The notes beneath the pieces are model-generated. The model was given only the letters and a program-made list of their open reading frames with translations. It had not been told where the DNA came from and ran no database searches. 49,928 nucleotides of DNA, from contig CAIKWA010000158.1 in the NCBI GenBank assembly GCA_903831005.1, forward strand, positions 1 to 49,928, read 5' to 3'. Both the position numbers and the translations under genes were made by a program. Positions within the stretch are counted from its first letter, which is position 1; every line of letters begins with the position of its first letter. Below are positions 46,929 to 49,928 of this stretch, piece after piece. The stretch is from an uncultured Opitutia bacterium (GTDB lineage: Bacteria; Verrucomicrobiota; Verrucomicrobiia; Opitutales; UBA953).

Positions 46929-47927
46929 ATGAAGGTTATCCCTCACTTACCCCTCATGGCCGGCACCCGTATCCTCCTCGTCGACAATGGTTCCTACGAA
47001 CCGGCGGCTACTTTGGCCCTGCGGGGACTAGCCCAAGAAGTCAGCAAGCTCATCGGCCAACCCGTTCTGCCGATCTCGACGATGCATTCGACGAAAATCG
47101 ACCCTTCCCTCCTTGGCGGCGTCCCCGCGGTCATCTTCGAAGGCGCCGTCCAGCAGGCCAAACTCGACGGTGTCGACGAACTGGTCGTACTCCCGCTCTT
47201 CATCGGGCCCAGCCGAGCGATTACGGAATATCTCCCCAAGGTCTTTGCCGACGCCCAACCCGGCGCGATGAAACTCAGCATCCGCGAGCCGCTCTTCGGA
47301 CCCGAGCTGGTGACCATGCTGAGTGATAATCTGAAATCGACCGGCTGGACCAAGGGCAGCGGCACGGTCTACCTTTGCGACCACGGCTCACCCATTCCCG
47401 AGGTGACGCGCTGCCGCAATTTCTTCGCCAGCGCTCTCCGCACTGAACTCGGCCTGAAGGACGCGGAGCTCATCGCCTGCTCGATGGAACGCCGCGAGGG
47501 TGCGGAATATGATTTCAATAAGCCCCTGCTCGAAGACGCGCTGCAACAGGCCAAGGGCGAGGCGGTCATCCTGATGCTCTTCCTGCTCCCCGGCCGCCAC
47601 GCCGGAGGGGACGGTGACGTCGCGACGATTGCCAAGGAACATGCCCCCGCTGGCCTGCGCTGGAAACTCAGCCCTCTGCTCGGCACGCACCCCACCCTAC
47701 CCGCGCTACTCTTTCGCCGGCACCTCTACTCGCCCGGGTTCAAGACCGCCAAGATTGCTGCCATCACCGCGGTGCTCTCAATGGGACTACTGCCTGTCTT
47801 GATCGGCGTTCTCGCTCCGAAAAACCTAGCTCTAGGCGACCGACTCATGATCTGGGTCGGCGGAGTAGCCACCGTCTTCGCCGCACTATACCTCTTCTTG
47901 CGCGCGAAAGTCTGGAAGAAAGCCTGA
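46929..47927 (+). CDS. CbiX/SirB-type sirohydrochlorin chelatase with C-terminal two-helix membrane anchor
   Basis: Two CbiX-like halves: ILLVDNGS...VVLPLFIGPS and VYLCDHGSP...ILMLFLLPGRHAG. The last ~62 aa (47739-47924) contain two hydrophobic helices. Confidence 0.75.
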   Translation: MKVIPHLPLMAGTRILLVDNGSYEPAATLALRGLAQEVSKLIGQPVLPISTMHSTKIDPSLLGGVPAVIFEGAVQQAKLDGVDELVVLPLFIGPSRAITEYLPKVFADAQPGAMKLSIREPLFGPELVTMLSDNLKSTGWTKGSGTVYLCDHGSPIPEVTRCRNFFASALRTELGLKDAELIACSMERREGAEYDFNKPLLEDALQQAKGEAVILMLFLLPGRHAGGDGDVATIAKEHAPAGLRWKLSPLLGTHPTLPALLFRRHLYSPGFKTAKIAAITAVLSMGLLPVLIGVLAPKNLALGDRLMIWVGGVATVFAALYLFLRAKVWKKA

Positions 47928-47929
47928 AC

Positions 47930-48697
47930 TTAGGCGAAGGCTGCGATGCGGCCCATCAGGCCGGCATGACGGGGCGGAGCGACGACCGCGCCGACGACAG
48001 CAATGAGCGGCGTGGGCAAAACAGAAACGTCGACCTTACCTGAAGCGAGATCGCTCAGCGTGGTGAGCACGTCGGACGTACCCTCCTGCGAGACCTTCGA
48101 AAGCAGACGGATCGGCAGATCGGCCTGAGCGCCGGCGGCGATGAGCTTCACGGCGACGGACGGCAGCGCTTTCGCGCCCATGTAAAGACAGAGCGTCGCG
48201 CCGGTCTCGATGTGCGCTTTCCAATTCTGGTCGGTACCATCGGCGCAGTGACCGGTGAGGAATGTGACTGAAGCGGCCTTGCCGCGATGCGTCAGCGGGA
48301 ACGCGGCGTCCGCGCCAGCGGCCGTCGCGGCGGTAATGCCCGGCACGACCTCAAAAGGAATGCCATGGGCAGCGAGGTGATCCATCTCTTCGCCGAGACG
48401 TCCGAAGATGCCCGGGTCGCCACCTTTGAGCCGGACGATGAGACCACCCTGACGTGCTTCCCGCACAATCACGGCGTTGATCTCGTCCTGGGTCATCGAG
48501 TGGACCCCGCAGCGCTTGCCGACCGGCACGATCTTGGTCGTCGCCGGAATCTCTTCCAAAAGGGCGTCACCTGGCAGGGCGTCATGGATGACGACATCCG
48601 CCTGCTTCAGCAGCCGCAGTCCCCTGACGGTGATCAGGTCCGGGGCTCCGGGTCCTGCACCGACGAAGGCCACCCGGCCGATGTCACAATTTACCAT
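47930..48697 (-). CDS. cobA: Uroporphyrinogen-III C-methyltransferase (SUMT)
   Basis: Motifs: VAFVGAGPGAPDLITVRGLRLLKQADVVIHDAL, RLKGGDPGIFGR and VPGITAA. Confidence 0.9.
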   Translation of the reverse strand: MVNCDIGRVAFVGAGPGAPDLITVRGLRLLKQADVVIHDALPGDALLEEIPATTKIVPVGKRCGVHSMTQDEINAVIVREARQGGLIVRLKGGDPGIFGRLGEEMDHLAAHGIPFEVVPGITAATAAGADAAFPLTHRGKAASVTFLTGHCADGTDQNWKAHIETGATLCLYMGAKALPSVAVKLIAAGAQADLPIRLLSKVSQEGTSDVLTTLSDLASGKVDVSVLPTPLIAVVGAVVAPPRHAGLMGRIAAFA

Positions 48698-48754
48698 TTA
48701 TTTAAACTTGACCCTATTGATGTAATCATAAGTCATCTTATCAAGTATTAAATC

Positions 48755-49928
48755 ATGGACCCTATCTCCGGCAAGCCCCTAGCTAAGAACGAACTCATGA
48801 AGGCGGATAAACCCGACCTTTCCGGCAATATTCGCGAAACCCTCGCCAACCCCGAAGCCGATCGCTTCACCGGGGACGACGAACAGTTTATCAAGTTCCA
48901 CGGCATCTACCAGCAGGATGACCGCGACAAGCGCAAGACGGGCAAAGAGTACTCCGTGATGGTGCGCACGCGCCAGACCGGTGGCATCGTCCCGGCCGCC
49001 CAGTACATCGTCTACGACGAGCTCTCGGGTCGCTTCGCCAACGGCACCCTCCGCATCACTTCCCGCCAGACTTTTCAGTTCCACGGTGTGTTGCAGCAGG
49101 GCATCGGCCCGCTGATCAAGTCGATCAACGACGCCCTCTCCTCCACCCTCGCCACGTGCGGCGACGTGAACCGTAACGTGACCGCTCCGTCCAACCCGCC
49201 CGTCGACCATGTCGCCGTGCAGGTCGACGAAGATGCTTTCGCGATCACCCGCGCCCTCCTCCCGACCACCACGGCCTATCACTCCATCTGGGTGGACGGT
49301 GTGCAGGTCGACCTCGGTCTCGGCGACAAGGTCTCCAAGGCCGGCGCTTCCGTCGACCAGGCTAATCCGTACATGCCGCCGCCCGCCGACACGGACGAGT
49401 CCGGCGCGCCTGCCGATGCGCTCTACGGCAAGACCTACCTACCACGTAAATTCAAGACTGGTTTCGCCATCCCGCCGAACAACGACACGGACATCTTCAC
49501 CAACGACATGGGCTACGTGGCCATCGTCGAGAACGGCAAGCTTATCGGCTACAACCTGCTCGTCGGCGGCGGTCTCGGCACCTCCCACGGCAACAAGGCC
49601 ACCTACCCTCGCCTCGCCGATGTCATCGGCTTCATCACCCGCGAACAGGTCGTCGAAGTCGGCTCCGCCGTCGTCGCCATCCACCGCGATTGGGGTGATC
49701 GCACCGACCGCAAGCACGCCCGCATCAAGTACGTTCTGCAGGAAAAGGGCGTCGAATGGTTCCGCGCCGAACTCGGCAAGCGCCTCGGCGCCCCACTCCC
49801 GGCCGCCAAGCCGTTCCTCTTCCGTGGCCAGGGCGACGCCTTCGGCTGGTTCAAGCAGCTCGACGGCAACTGGTTCCTCGGCCTCTTCGTCGAGACCGGC
49901 CGCGTCAAGGACGCCGACAGCTACAAGC
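48755..49928 (+). CDS. Assimilatory sulfite reductase haemoprotein (sirohaem/4Fe-4S; ferredoxin- or NADPH-dependent), 5' part; continues past the right edge
   Basis: Edge-truncated, so not in the ORF track. My translation from ATG 48755 reads MDPISGKPLAKNELMKADKPDLSGNIRETLANPEADRFTGDDEQFIKFHGIYQQDDRDKR...LRITSRQTFQFHGVLQ...ATCGDVNRNV...LPRKFKTGFAIPPNND. Confidence 0.9.
   Translation, partial: MDPISGKPLAKNELMKADKPDLSGNIRETLANPEADRFTGDDEQFIKFHGIYQQDDRDKRKTGKEYSVMVRTRQTGGIVPAAQYIVYDELSGRFANGTLRITSRQTFQFHGVLQQGIGPLIKSINDALSSTLATCGDVNRNVTAPSNPPVDHVAVQVDEDAFAITRALLPTTTAYHSIWVDGVQVDLGLGDKVSKAGASVDQANPYMPPPADTDESGAPADALYGKTYLPRKFKTGFAIPPNNDTDIFTNDMGYVAIVENGKLIGYNLLVGGGLGTSHGNKATYPRLADVIGFITREQVVEVGSAVVAIHRDWGDRTDRKHARIKYVLQEKGVEWFRAELGKRLGAPLPAAKPFLFRGQGDAFGWFKQLDGNWFLGLFVETGRVKDADSYK

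Overview
This is a compact, high-GC bacterial chromosome segment, about 63% GC in the stretches I counted by hand. The gene content points to the PVC superphylum, most plausibly Verrucomicrobiota (Opitutales-like). That inference rests on four formylglycine-type sulfatases, two giant 'membrane-bound dehydrogenase domain / HEAT / cytochrome c' proteins, a fused CcsBA, and Ala/Pro/Lys-rich tails on core proteins. I can support 46 protein-coding genes (two run off the window edges and are missing from the ORF track), one tRNA(CAT), two intrinsic terminators and a few palindromes and repeats. Most genes are housekeeping: dnaG-rpoD, ychF, pyrF-ispD, menB, recF-secG-nif3-gluQ, the trhO/trmO pair, and a cbiX-cobA-sulfite reductase cluster. 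A sulfatase / glycoside-hydrolase-like / sugar-kinase cluster is also present. I see no transposase, integrase, phage gene, CRISPR/Cas or recognisable defence gene, so I cannot name a clear new multi-gene system. The best candidates for follow-up are: (1) a 4+4 inverted array of GCGGTNN heptads forming a roughly 110-nt structured intergenic element at 13905-14012; (2) a DnaG primase whose zinc-finger ligands are mostly substituted, and which also carries a G9 tract inside a 9-bp inverted repeat plus a good internal sigma70-like promoter for rpoD; (3) a translationally coupled lipoprotein-CcsBA-NusG-paralog module; (4) a tRNA-adjacent low-GC islet with tandem Sel1-repeat lipoprotein paralogs; (5) convergent sulfatase genes whose Lys/Ala-rich C-terminal tails are encoded by one long imperfect palindrome; (6) a 1440-aa pseudo-SGNH / propeller / HEAT / cytochrome c protein coupled to a TPR lipoprotein. 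All functional calls come from motif recognition by eye. No database search was run.
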